A DNA stretch of 64,000 nucleotides from Phoronis australis (lineage: Eukaryota; Animalia; Phoronida): NCBI GenBank assembly GCA_002633005.1, contig NMRA01000026.1:1103330-1167329 (forward strand), read 5' to 3'. This document shows positions 12,258 through 23,520 of the stretch, piece by piece. The notes below the pieces were generated by a model. That model ran no database searches. It was not told where the DNA came from and was given only the letters and a program-made list of their open reading frames with translations. Within the stretch, counting starts at the first letter, position 1. The number at the start of each line of letters is the position of its first letter. The translations under genes and the position numbers were made by a program.

Positions 12258-13341
12258 CTGAAGGTACGTGACATGAATGACAACAAAGAAAGTTTGACCA
12301 GCAAGTCAATGCTTTTAGCAAAGGGACAATTAATAAAGGAAGATAGTAGTAGCGATGATGATCTGAGTAATTACGAAACATTTCTACGTTGCACTCTCAC
12401 TTCATTCACTATCTAAACCTTTCTCATGATAAACCATTCCAAGTGGCCCGCTCGCCAACTCGTGATGGTTTAATTTTCTGAACAAACCCTAAGTCCTTAT
12501 TTGAGGGTGACAAGCGATTTCACACATTAAGCTGATGCCGTTAAGGTAAGATAACAATTGCCTAATGAATGAAGACGTTTGTTTTCTCTTTTCACTCTTT
12601 GGATGGACAAGCCAACTGAAATCAAAGATAACAGCGTGTCCTGATTATAATTCCCGATATCCACGAGGTTGCATCACAGCTATTTTGTGTAATGAAACAC
12701 GCTAATTAAGCCCATCAGCTTGAACAGAAACATCCTTGGATGACATCAGTTGGAACAGAGAGATTGCCTAGGATTGAGGTGAAGCAGTTAATTTCAGAAG
12801 AGTTGTCCAGCAATATGATATTTTGCATCATTTTTGCCTTGTAAATGCACTGTCTAGATGTGCTTTCTGGAAACAAAATAAAGTCCAGTCAAGGTAAGGA
12901 AAATTTGGACTGATTTTGTGCCAGTTTATCACCTTAAGTTTGAATCTGCTTTTTTGTAACACCTAAAAATCAGGTTTTGAATAAGTCAAAAGAGACGACC
13001 GTCCTTTGAATGCAAGATGACTAGATTCCATCAATTGAAAATAGTGGGTGGAATTAAACTGGCTATATGGTGGAATTTCTCAGCAATGATGATCAGACTT
13101 TAACTGGTTCTCCAAAATATGCCAAAAAGCTATCACTCATGATGGACCTACTACCAAATACATGGTGCAACAACATCACAGAAAACACGAGCTGCTTGTG
13201 CTCTGCAAGTTCCCTTATGATACTTCATAGCCAAGATAATATTTCAGTGGGAAATTTAAACATGCAAACTTCCCAAATACAAGGCCATTGGCTTAAATTT
13301 GAATGTAAGAAGTTCAAAATGTCATTTCCTAAAAAACTTAA

Positions 13342-14642
13342 AGGCGAAGGCAACCTTTTTTCATGTCACTTTTAGCAAAAATAAGGTTCATTGATTATCC
13401 CAGACGCATTTTTCACTAATTACAGCTTTTCGTAATTTCATTAATTTCTCGTCTGCTACTCTGGAAGTGACGTTTCGGGAGGCAAGAGTTTCGTGCCAAT
13501 TATAGTCTGACTATGAGAGCTGTCGAGTCAGTCATTGTTCAACCTCGGTTGTGATAAGTTCGGTCGTCGTTTGCTTTTGTTTACAAGTCAGTCAATATGC
13601 CACGCTGTTGCTGCGTGCCAGGATGTACTCATTATCGTCTCACACGCGCTTTGGGTACCTGGCGTCGCTTTCCGAAGGATGACACACTTCGCCGTACTTG
13701 GCTAGCTCGTTCATGTGAAGAACACAACGCTACCCGTCCACGCAACGTACAAAGCAGTGGAGGGTTACCAAGTGTGTGGCAAGCATTTTCTGCCGAAAGA
13801 TTACGACAGAGATATGTACGCTGAATTGATGAAGGTCCTTGCGAAACAACGCATGAAGAAGGGTACCATACCGTCGCTGTTGATTCCCGGCAGTGCCCCA
13901 TCGCCAACCCCGAGAAGTGCATTTTTGAAGCGAGAAGCCTCACGAGCTGTGGCCACTATGTACAGTGACTGGAGGCACTTCATCTCGTCACCCGTGCCTC
14001 CGAACGTACCCCATTGCGTGCAATTCCGGGAACTAGCAGTGATTCACCCTGTGCTGTTGTCTCTATCCCAGGGCCTGTAAGCAGCCCTGCAGCGATGTTG
14101 AGTAGTGGGAATGAATACAGGCCCAGTTCGACACCCAGTGAAGAGGACAGTTCGTCATCCAATGAATAGATCGGTGAGCCTAAGTTTGATAAGTTTATTG
14201 TGGACTTGTATTGGAGCTATTTGAAAGGTGCCAGGTGTGTGGCGCGGGAGTCACACGGCAGGATGTAAGCAGTTTGGGTGCTCAGATCACCCTCCAGTGG
14301 GAGTGTGTTGCGGGACACTCGGGACAGTTCTTCCTCTGTACGTGAGACGATAATGGGTACACCCCAGTACGCAGCAACAGCATGGCATGTTGACTGACTC
14401 GTAAACGACGACTGAGCTTATCACAACCGAGGTAGAACAATGACTGACTCGACTGCTCTCACAGTCAGACTATATGAAAAGAAATTGGCGCGAAATTCTT
14501 GCCTCCCAAAACGTCACTTCCGGAGTAGACGATGAGTAATTAATTAAATTACGAAAAGCAGTAAATAAGAGAAAAATATGTCTGGGATAATCAACGAACC
14601 TTATTTTTGCTAAAAATGACATGAAAAAGGTTGCCTTCGCCT
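13342..14642 (+). mobile_element. Non-autonomous Kolobok-type DNA transposon with a decayed THAP-domain transposase 5' fragment
   Basis: TTAA on both sides (13338-13341, 14643-14646), termini AGGCGAAGGCAACC...GGTTGCCTTCGCCT, ~300-bp inverted repeats. Kolobok elements are known for TTAA TSDs, RR termini and a THAP-bearing transposase. Confidence 0.85.
13597..14340 (+). pseudogene. Frameshifted THAP zinc-finger/transposase N-terminal remnant
   Basis: MPRCCCVPGC..FPKD..RRTWL, then a frameshift to VCGKHFLPKDY..KKGTIPSL (THAP C2CH signature). Later LELFERCQVCG..WECVAGHSG. No DDE domain retained. Confidence 0.8.
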
Positions 14643-14788
14643 TTAAGAACAATATTCAAATAATTATGAACATGCTTTTAACTAAGCCTAGGCACGTATA
14701 TGTAGTTTTTTATGGTACCGAGAATTACTAAAGGAACCAAGTCAAATTAAGTAGACAATAGATGGCTGCACAAAATCAGAAACATAAA

Positions 14789-15341
14789 CTCACGGGTTCC
14801 CTGCGTGCCGCTAGGGAGTAGCTAGCACGCAGGTATCACTAAAATTTTCCTCGGGAATTTTTTTACACCGGCGTTTCTAATTGACTAGTTGAATTCTCAA
14901 CAGGCAGCGTTTTACGCAGACTGGCATGACTGATGGAAGAAGTGTAATGTGGTCTGTTGTACTGACAAATCGGTCCTTAAAATTGATATTCAGGAAATGT
15001 GAATCCCAGAAACTTTGGTTGCGCCTTCTTGGAGTGCATCTTTCTGTCGATGACTTTTGTTTACGATACTGTCCTGTATTCATACAGTATGAATAACACA
15101 CCAGTTACATCTGCCAGATATGTGTTTATTGTACATGTATGTGCTTCAAGCATACAACTGCAGAAACGAAATAACTGCTGCTACGCTACTTGCATGACCG
15201 TTAAAAATCGTTCATAGTCCGATATTTTTTCACTTTGCTGTAAAGCTAACCAATGACTGCTGAGGTTACATCAACCACTGCTTAAGCACGTGCTACTGCG
15301 TGATACCTGCGTGCTAGCTAGGCACCTAGGGAACCAGCGAG
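14789..15341. mobile_element. MITE with ~45-bp imperfect terminal inverted repeats
   Basis: Left GGTTCCCT..GTGCC..TAGCTAGCACGCAGGTATCAC; right GTGATACCTGCGTGCTAGCTAGGCAC.TAGGGAACC, with a perfect 21-bp core. TSD unclear. Confidence 0.65.
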
Positions 15342-15399
15342 AAATATAGAGAGCAATCTTTAAAACTAGGCTAGGCATCAAATAACAACAGCTAAACAG

Positions 15400-15760
15400 G
15401 CTACCAGTAGCCACAGTTCAACCTGTCGAGGCTGGGATCAAAGCATCAGACACGAACTCTAGATATAATACCAAGTCTTACTGTTGTGTATTCATCGATG
15501 ACATTTCAACCCAACTACTGAAGCTGGGAGCATATCATCTGACACAACAGAAAGATGTAACATATAGGTCTCACTCTCATTGACATGATATAGGCTCAAC
15601 TTTTGAGACTGGGATCATAGGATCACACAAAGCAGATACTTGTAGTTCACTAAGTCTTACCCAATACAGATCACACTAAATTCATTGTTGACATCATGGA
15701 CCAACTGTTGAGGCTGGGATCATAGAATGAGACACAACAGAAGGATATAATACTAAGTCT
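15400..15760 (-). repeat. About four degenerate tandem copies (~70-100 bp) of the 3' half of Kelch exon 3, some with its donor
   Basis: Recurrent motifs ctgttgaggctgggatcat, gacacaacag and aagtcttac match exon/donor sequence at ~15752-15843. Confidence 0.75.
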
Positions 15761-15763
15761 TAC

Positions 15764-15895
15764 CCAGTTCAGACCGTGGTGTATTCATTGATGCCATCTC
15801 AGCCCAACTGTTGAGGCTTGGATCATAACGCCAGACACAACAGCTGGACAGACCATCAGGAAACTCACCCCCCGCCATGTACACCATGTTAGTCC
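15764..15895 (-). CDS. Kelch-like protein coding exon 3 (Kelch repeat)
   Basis: ttttag|GG ... CTGG|gtaag; GTNMVYMAGGEFPDGLSSCCVWRYDPSLNSWAEMASMNTPRSEL; phase 1-1. Confidence 0.9.
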
Positions 15896-16521
15896 CTAAA
15901 AGGTAAATATCACAAAACTCTCTTTGAAACATATCAGTGCCACACAAATGATATGGGTGTACTTGGGTTCTTTGCATGAAGTTCTGGTGGTGCGCCATTG
16001 GACAAAGATAACAGGAGATGGAAATAAGAGTCTGATTATCAAACTGTGCAAGTCAACTAAAGACAGACAGAAGAGCTGATTCTTGAGTTTCATTATACAA
16101 TACAACTCTCATTCTATGGACTCACTCAAATTGGATCTTTATTTAACTCGGACACAGTTTTCCAGAACTATTATCAAATCATGCACTAAGTCCTTTATAT
16201 CAGAGTCAGATCATGCTTTAGTGGAATAAAATGTTCATGGATCTTATTTGTAAGTGTTTTGCTATAAACTCGATGAATGATTTCAAATCTGCACTGCTTA
16301 CACAACAAATGTCTTTTGTCAAAAAATTTCCAATGTTATTCATTCTCCTGTTTTTTGAGTGAACTTGGCCAAAAGTACCAATTCACTACACTCTGAGACA
16401 TACAAATGCCGTTAAGGTTTATACCGTGAAATTAACTGTAATCCCTTTACACTGAACCCAAAAACTAGATGAAAACAAGCACACTATATTAGTCTCAGAT
16501 ATTGCGTAACTAAGTACTCAC

Positions 16522-16668
16522 CAGACACCACCAAGCCATGCTTACTGACTGCAAATGGTAGACAGTTCATGGTCTTCCATAAACGTGTATATGGGTCGTA
16601 GCTCTCTACACTTCGTAATACGACCTTGTCGTCCTCGCCTCCAACAGCTATGATCACCTCCGTTGTTC
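16522..16668 (-). CDS. Kelch-like protein coding exon 2 (Kelch repeat)
   Basis: tacag|GA ... CTG|gtgag; GTTEVIIAVGGEDDKVVLRSVESYDPYTRLWKTMNCLPFAVSKHGLVVS; phase 1-1. Confidence 0.9.
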
Positions 16669-16776
16669 CTGTATATAGATGATGATAAACCATGGAGACC
16701 TTAATGGTTTCTACACGTAACACTGCAACTGATCATGTACAGGGGCATTTCAATATCGTCAATGTTGAATTCTTAA

Positions 16777-17651
16777 AGGCGAAGGCAACCTTTTTTCATG
16801 TCACTTTTAGCAAAAATAAGGTTCGTTAATTATCCCAGACACATTTTTCACTTGATTACAGCTTTTCGTAATTTCATTAATTTCTCGTCCTCTACTCCGG
16901 AAGTGACGTTTTGGGAGGCAAGAGTTTCGCGCCAATTTCTTTTCATTATAGTCTGACTGTGAGAGCTGTCGAGTCAGTCATTGTTCTACCTCGTTTGTGA
17001 TAAGTTCGGTCGTCGTTTGCTTTTGTTTACAAGTCAGTCAACATGNNNNNNNNNNNNNNNNNNNNNNNNNNNNNNNNNNNNNNNNNNNNNNNNNNNNNNN
17101 NNNNNNNNNNNNNNNNNNNNNNNNNNNNNNNNNNNNNNNNNNNNNNNNNNNNNNNNNNNNNNNNNNNNNNNNNNNNNNNNNNNNNNNNNNNNNNNNNNNN
17201 NNNNNNNNNNNNNNNNNNNNNNNNNNNNNNNNNNNNNNNNNNNNNNNNNNNNNNNNNNNNNNNNNNNNNNNNNNNNNNNNNNNNNNNNNNNNNNNNNNNN
17301 NNNNNNNNNNNNNNNNNNNNNNNNNNNNNNNNNNNNNNNNNNNNNNNNNNNNNNNNNNNNNNNNNNNNNNNNNNNNNNNNNNNNNNNNNNNNNNNNNNNN
17401 NNNNNNNNNNNNNNNNNNNNNNNNNNNNNNNNNNNNNNNNNNNNNNNNNNNNNNNNNNNNNNNNNNNNNNNNNNNNNNNNNNNNNNNNNNNNNNNNNNNN
17501 NNNNNNNNNNNNNNNNNNNNNNNNNNNNNNGAGTAGACGACGAATAATTAATTAAATTACAAAAAGCAGTAAATAAGTGAAAAATATGTCTGGGATAATA
17601 AACGAACCTTATTTTTGCTAAAAATGACATGAAAAAAGGTTGCCTTCGCCT
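16777..17651 (+). mobile_element. Second copy of the Kolobok-type element, interior in assembly gap 17046-17530
   Basis: TTAA at 16773-16776, then AGGCGAAGGCAACC. Left arm closely matches 13342-13599. Right end GGTTGCCTTCGCC(T)TAA. Confidence 0.85.
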
Positions 17652-18179
17652 TAAACTGAAATTTCTTTTTGGTTTTTGTAAACATTGCCATATTCATTCA
17701 ACCTTGAATTGTCAAATGAGCCGTAAACTCAAGTCAGAGGCAATGCTTACATTCTGCAAGTCATAATCTTATGGTTGGCCAATATACATTCTGAAAATTG
17801 TTCAAGAGTTGGTGATCTTGTTGGTAACCAAAATCATGTCTTCAAACAGTAAGGAATATTATAAAACTAACTTTATAAACTTATTGGCTGCAAAAGAAGG
17901 GGATAAGCAGTTTTAACAGTTTACACCAGAAGTAAAAATTAGTGAGTACGAGCAAAATTAGAATACAACAGCATAATTTTCTCCATCATCATGATTAAAA
18001 GACGGTGTGTTTCCAGGGGTGCTTATCAGTTTTTTGTAAACTGCAAGCATACAACAATATGACCACAGAGGGTAGCTGCAATCGCCAGAATTGAGAAAAG
18101 TGTTGGTACTTCACTTTCAAAACTAAGAAGAAAATAAAAGTATGTTTTAAAAACTCAGAATCCACAACAACGAAATAAA

Positions 18180-19662
18180 TATGCCACTAAGAGACACCCC
18201 ACTGGACAGCACGTCATTCTTAGAACGGCTTGGTTGATAGCAGGCTGGATGCCAGAAACCGATTCGAAATCAGTAAAGATGGCCACTAGATGGTGCAAAA
18301 TACATCGAATCCATCCGAAAACTAGAATATGTCATCATTTCTTTAATAGAAAGCTATTTATTAAGTTTCATAAATATCTGTCAAGGAACTTCAGAACTGA
18401 GGAAAATGGAAAAAATTAAAATTACCAAAAGGGGCACAGCGATAATCGGATACGTCTGAAAGTCGTTGTCATCTGTTGTCAACTTCATATAATTGCTCTT
18501 GTTAAATTTAATAAAGCTCCTGCAGTGGGTTTAGGAGATACAGCTATGGGCACAAAAAAACTGCCACTAGGAAACGCCAAAGTAGTCAAAGTCACTGGAA
18601 AATCACCGCTAGCCATTCTCTTTACAGCAGGAACATATATGCCAATTTTTAAAATGATCCTTAAAATAGTGCAGTTGACAGAGGGGCGAATGCCAAAACA
18701 CAAAAATGGACACTAGGTGATGCAAAATACCTTGAATCCATCCGAAAACAGAAAGAAAGTGTTATCTCACTAATAAATGCCTATCTGCCAAATTTTATAA
18801 TCCGTGGATGATCTTTTAAGATACAGAGGTAAACGAAAAAAAACAAAATTTCCACTAGGGGGCACACCGGTACTCCGATCCGTTCGAAAGTCGTTGTCAT
18901 TCTTTGTCAACTTCTTGTAAATATACTTGCTTAATTTAATAAATATCCTGCACTGCGTTTACGAGATACAGCCATAGGTACAAAATCAAACAAAACTGCC
19001 ACTAGGAGGTGCTACAGTAGTCGAAGTTGTCGGAAAATCATCTTCAGCCGCCCTCTTCACAGTAAGAGCATACATAACAATTTTTACAATCATCCTAAGA
19101 GCGGTTAGGCTGATAGAGGGACGGACGCCAAAACAGACTTGAAAACAGTAAAAATGGCTACAAGGAGGCGCAAAATACGTCAAATGAATCCTAAAACACT
19201 TGGACAGCGTCATCTCATTAATAGATACCTATGCGCCAAGTTTCATGAAAATCCGTTGAGGAGCTTTGAAGATACAGAGGTAATTGCCACTAGGGGGCAC
19301 ACCAGTAGTCCAGTCCATCTGAAATTCGTCGTCGTCCGCCATCAGCTTCATAGGAACATATCTGCCAAATCTCATTAAGTTTTTGTGAGGGGTTTAGGAG
19401 ATACTGCGGACTCCGGACTCCTGGGCAGACAGAGATGACGGCAATATGCACCCACATATAAATATATGGGCGCATAAAAAGCCCACCCTGCTGGACCAGG
19501 GGGTGGAACAAATTGAAAAGGGGCAAGCACTGCCCTAGTGAAGCCCTACACCCTCGTGCTAAATTCCATCAAGATGCAAACAAGGTGTTTTGAGATACCG
19601 TGCAGATAACCGGACAACTGGACGCTCCCGGACAGAATGATGAGGACGTGGTCGCATAAAAA
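18180..19662. repeat. Helentron/HINE-like interspersed element carrying ~430-450 bp degenerate tandem units built of ~140-bp subunits
   Basis: Motif (c)cactagRtggtgcaaaatac..gaatcc..aaaac recurs at ~18282, ~18710 and ~19158. Terminal hairpin ccaccctgctggaccagggggtgg at ~19483-19507 follows cgcataaaaa. Family assignment is inference. Confidence 0.6.
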
Positions 19663-19915
19663 GCCATTATGTATTAATGGTATTCTGTAACTGCTTTCCT
19701 AAACTACTCTCTGCCTGACTCCGCTCTACATCCCTTTTATCCACAACTTACCCCTATTTCACTTCTAGTCCACGTACACACACATTCTTCTTTGGTAATG
19801 ACCATAAACACATGATAAGCCTTCCTGTCCAAAAATACACGCAGTTAATGCGTACAATAAAACCTTTCATGGTTAGAAATTCTTTGATTAAAACAAAATC
19901 CCTTAATAGTTTTAC

Positions 19916-20882
19916 CTGACGCTTTGCGAGGCATAGTTCTGTTTGTTCGTAACTCATGATGCCTGTCAGTCAGGAGGTGATAGGTTTTAGCTTCATCAAC
20001 CAGTTTCATGCACTCTACTCTGTCACTTATCAACCTGTGTTGACTGACACAATCGTGCAAGAAATAGGGCGAGATTAGAGGAAGTCGAACATGTTCCAAT
20101 ATCAAATGAAAATCTGGTTTACGAGATTCAACGTCATGCTCCAACCAACGAATGACAGAGTTAAAGACTAGTTCTTCGTACTCGACGAATAAGTTGTCAT
20201 CGGAAATGAACTCGATGAGCTTAGGTTGCGAGAGAGATAAGAACTCTTCTTGATTGCACACATCTGCGAAGTGTCGGAGAACAAAGTTCTTGGCCTTGTC
20301 TTGTAAGTCAAAACACGCATGCGCTTCTGCAAAGCAGTGAATTCCAATGGAGTTAGTTTCGTCCATATTGCGTTCCATAAATCCGCAGCAGGCATCGCGG
20401 ACAGGCAAGACCTCGAGAAGATTGGCAGCAGACAATAGCCACTGAACATTGGCTTTAGTAATGATCAGCTCAGATGTGTACGCGTATCCTATGAGAAGCT
20501 CCACCATCGAGGCTTCCAGGCCATTGATGGACACCCTGTCCTGGCGACTCTCCGCCAATTCTCCAGAAAACATTGCCTTAAAATATGGACTAAATGACGC
20601 CAATACAATCCTATGACAAGGGAACTCTTGTTCCCCAACACATATTGTTACATCACAAAAGCTGTTTGATAATCTCAGGTGATTCAGACCCAGCAAAACA
20701 TGTTGAGGGTGAGAAGACTCAGTGAAATGAAAGTCGTCCATACAGGTTGAAAGGTTGGCTGCTGTCGATGTCGAGACATCAAGATCATCAGATGCAGGTG
20801 ACTCCTGTTGGTGCAGCTTCGTGAGGAGGCTGGGATGGTTCATACACAGGGTGCGCAGGTTCTGGCACAGGTCGCCAGACAT
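19916..20882 (-). CDS. Kelch-like (KLHL) protein, first coding exon (BTB and BACK domains)
   Basis: ORF with the BTB motif FCDVTICVGEQEFPCHRIVLASFSPYFKAMFSGELAES and BACK motifs (EELVFNSVIRWLEHD, ILEHVRLPL). Donor CAG|gtaaa after 19916. An acceptor ttattttcattacag just above 20962 implies an upstream exon. Likely start ATG at 20882 (MSGDLCQ; alternative at 20843). Confidence 0.93.
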
Positions 20883-22929
20883 GGTGTCACATGAAACGAG
20901 CTGAACACAATACACAGATAATGCTGGGGTTCACGTTCAGCTCCAAATCCACGATGTCACCACTGTAATGAAAATAAAATAGAAGCTACATACTAACCTC
21001 ATAGCCAGTAAGACTTTCACAACTAATGTGCACTTGATTTTGACAATTATTTAAAGGGATATTAGCCAAGTTTTTTAGAAAAACTATCAAATAGTTTATT
21101 CACAGTAAGTCACATACTTCAGCAGCATCCTTCATTACTAATCTTCCTCACACTTTAAGTATGTGAAGATCTGATGTAACTGAGCAAGGCCCATGAATTC
21201 AAAGCCCTCCTCCTGAGTTCCCAATGACACTCACACTAAATTCAGATGAGTAATTTCAAAGGGAAGGCTGATAGAACTCTGATCACCCACTTAAACAAGC
21301 ATTCACAAAGTCATTGTGTCAGTCATCTTACGTTTAATGAGCATGTGATCAGCTTACAGTAAGAAAGCACTAGAACTGTCATTAGAATGTGGCCTTCTCA
21401 CTGTAACATGGTAGATCTTCCCTTTAATAGGGGAATGGAAAATAAGAAGGCAGACTGGGTGTCCGACAAAACCTTGCATGCATTCTTTCAGTTTTGCAAA
21501 TCAGATGGCATGTTAATACTACATATCTGACAGAAATTCAGCACAGTTTGTTTCACTGGACAGAAAGTTTCATCAATTGAAAATGGAGTGATTTACATCA
21601 GAACAAGTAAATGTCAAAAAATTATGATCTCGAAAATCCTTTGACATGGTATGTTACCTATAACATATGACTGGAATTTCATGAAGGCATGCAATTTTAC
21701 AGGATTTTTTAGATTTAACAAGAACGATAATTCAAAACGATAGTTCATGAAAAATGATTTGTGTACATAGATGAAATGGATACTGCTTCAGATGAATACT
21801 GCTCATAATCAGTGAGCACCACTTGTTTATAGAAGAAACATTTACATCATGTAAATCACACCCAAGCCAAGATCAAAGCGGCGTTAATAGCTTGCCTTCT
21901 CAACCATGGAGCCAGCTAAATTGACTAGATCGTCAGAAGAGTTTCAATGGGTCACAAAGTTCACACACAGATAACTAGGAATTGAAAAACGACCAAAAAA
22001 CAATCCCAGTGTTTGAGAAACTGTATGAAGCATGGTCTGTTACAAGATTATTTTGTTGGACAGGCTCCAAGGGTAAATAACCGGATTTAACTTTAAGAAT
22101 AATTCACTGGTTATCACTTAGGTCAGGGCAGGAGTAGAAGTGGTTAATGCCATTGATGGCGATGACACAGAGAGTCACTGTCAGTTCACCATAAAAGACT
22201 GAGATGTATTAAAACAATTACAGAATGTAAGAGAGCTGTGTACATGGCATAGCAATGAGAAACGTCGCCAACCGAGTAATTATTGTACTGGATAGCCAGC
22301 TCTTATCTGAAAGAATAAATCAAAGTACAAACAATTCAGGCCTTTATGAAGCATTTTCTCAGAGTTAATAAAAAACAAACTGGTGAATCACATTGATCTT
22401 TTTCAACAACTCAGACCAATGTACTTTTTCCTTAGCAGCCAAGAAAAAATGAAAAACAACTTAGTCAGCAAAATGTACCAAAATTAAGTTACGGAGAGAA
22501 TGTTATTCAATTTACAAAGTAGAACAGAACTAGGCCAGCATGAGAGTAAAAATGTGATGGAAAACTAAATGATGGTGCAAATCAAGTCAGAAATGTTCTC
22601 AATAGGAACATATACATGCCACCATTCACTATGGCTCTTTAAGACGTTTGAATGATAAGGAAGAGAAGGAGGACAAAGGAAACAAAAACCAAAGAAATGT
22701 GACTGGGGGGAGTAAGTCAAATACATCTGAAACAGGGCAGGTGCTGATGTCCCTGTGAAGGCAAACATAAAATCAAAATTGCCACCAGATGACTCCACCA
22801 TAGTTGAATTGGTTCTAAAATCCAACTCAATTACAAGTACTATATTCAATAGAACCAGATGCCACATTTCACGAAGATCCAACAAGGAACTTGTATTGAG
22901 CCACAGACAAAAAATAAAATTGACACAAG

Positions 22930-23520
22930 AAGGTGCCACGGCAGTCAGACCCATTTAAATTCAGCGTCAGCTATGCACTTCCAACTGAGAACACATATAC
23001 AACTTATTATAATAATCCTTAAAGTGATTAGGCCAAAAAAGAGGTAGACAACATAACCCCTACTTAAAAACAAATTTAAAATGGCCACTCAGGTGACATA
23101 CAATACATTCGTTAGCATTTCTTTGATGAAAACCTATTTACCATGTTTCATGATAAGCCGTCAAGGAAGACGCAGAGGAAATGTAAAAATTAAAATTCCC
23201 ACTAGAGGAGCACAAACGTGATTGGATCAGATCGAAATTTGTCAACATCCGTTGCCACGTTCATAGAAATAAACCAGTCAAATTTAAAAAAGATCCTGCA
23301 AGAGGCTTAGGAAATACAGCTACAGATGAGAAAGAAGTGCCACTAGGGGGTGTCACAGTATTCAGGGCTGACTGAAAATCATCGTCATCTGTTCCCAGTC
23401 AATTTTCAATTACAGATATTTGTAAGATAGCTATGCACAAAAACAGTCAAGAAAATAAAATTGCTATAAGAGAATACCACAGCAGTCAGACCAGACGAAA
23501 TATCATCATCAGCCATGCAA
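22930..23520. repeat. Further degenerate unit of the same Helentron-like repeat family
   Basis: Shares aaatggccact, gtttcatga, aaaaattaaaatt.ccactag, tcctgca...tttaggaaatacagcta-like and gccactagggggtg motifs with 18280-19300. Confidence 0.55.

Noticed and set aside
13597-14080. Domesticated THAP-domain host gene
   Set aside because: Frameshifted within the THAP domain and enclosed by TIRs and TTAA TSDs.
16981-17630. Long ORFs in the ORF track (also 7620-7970)
   Set aside because: They are poly-X translations of N gaps.
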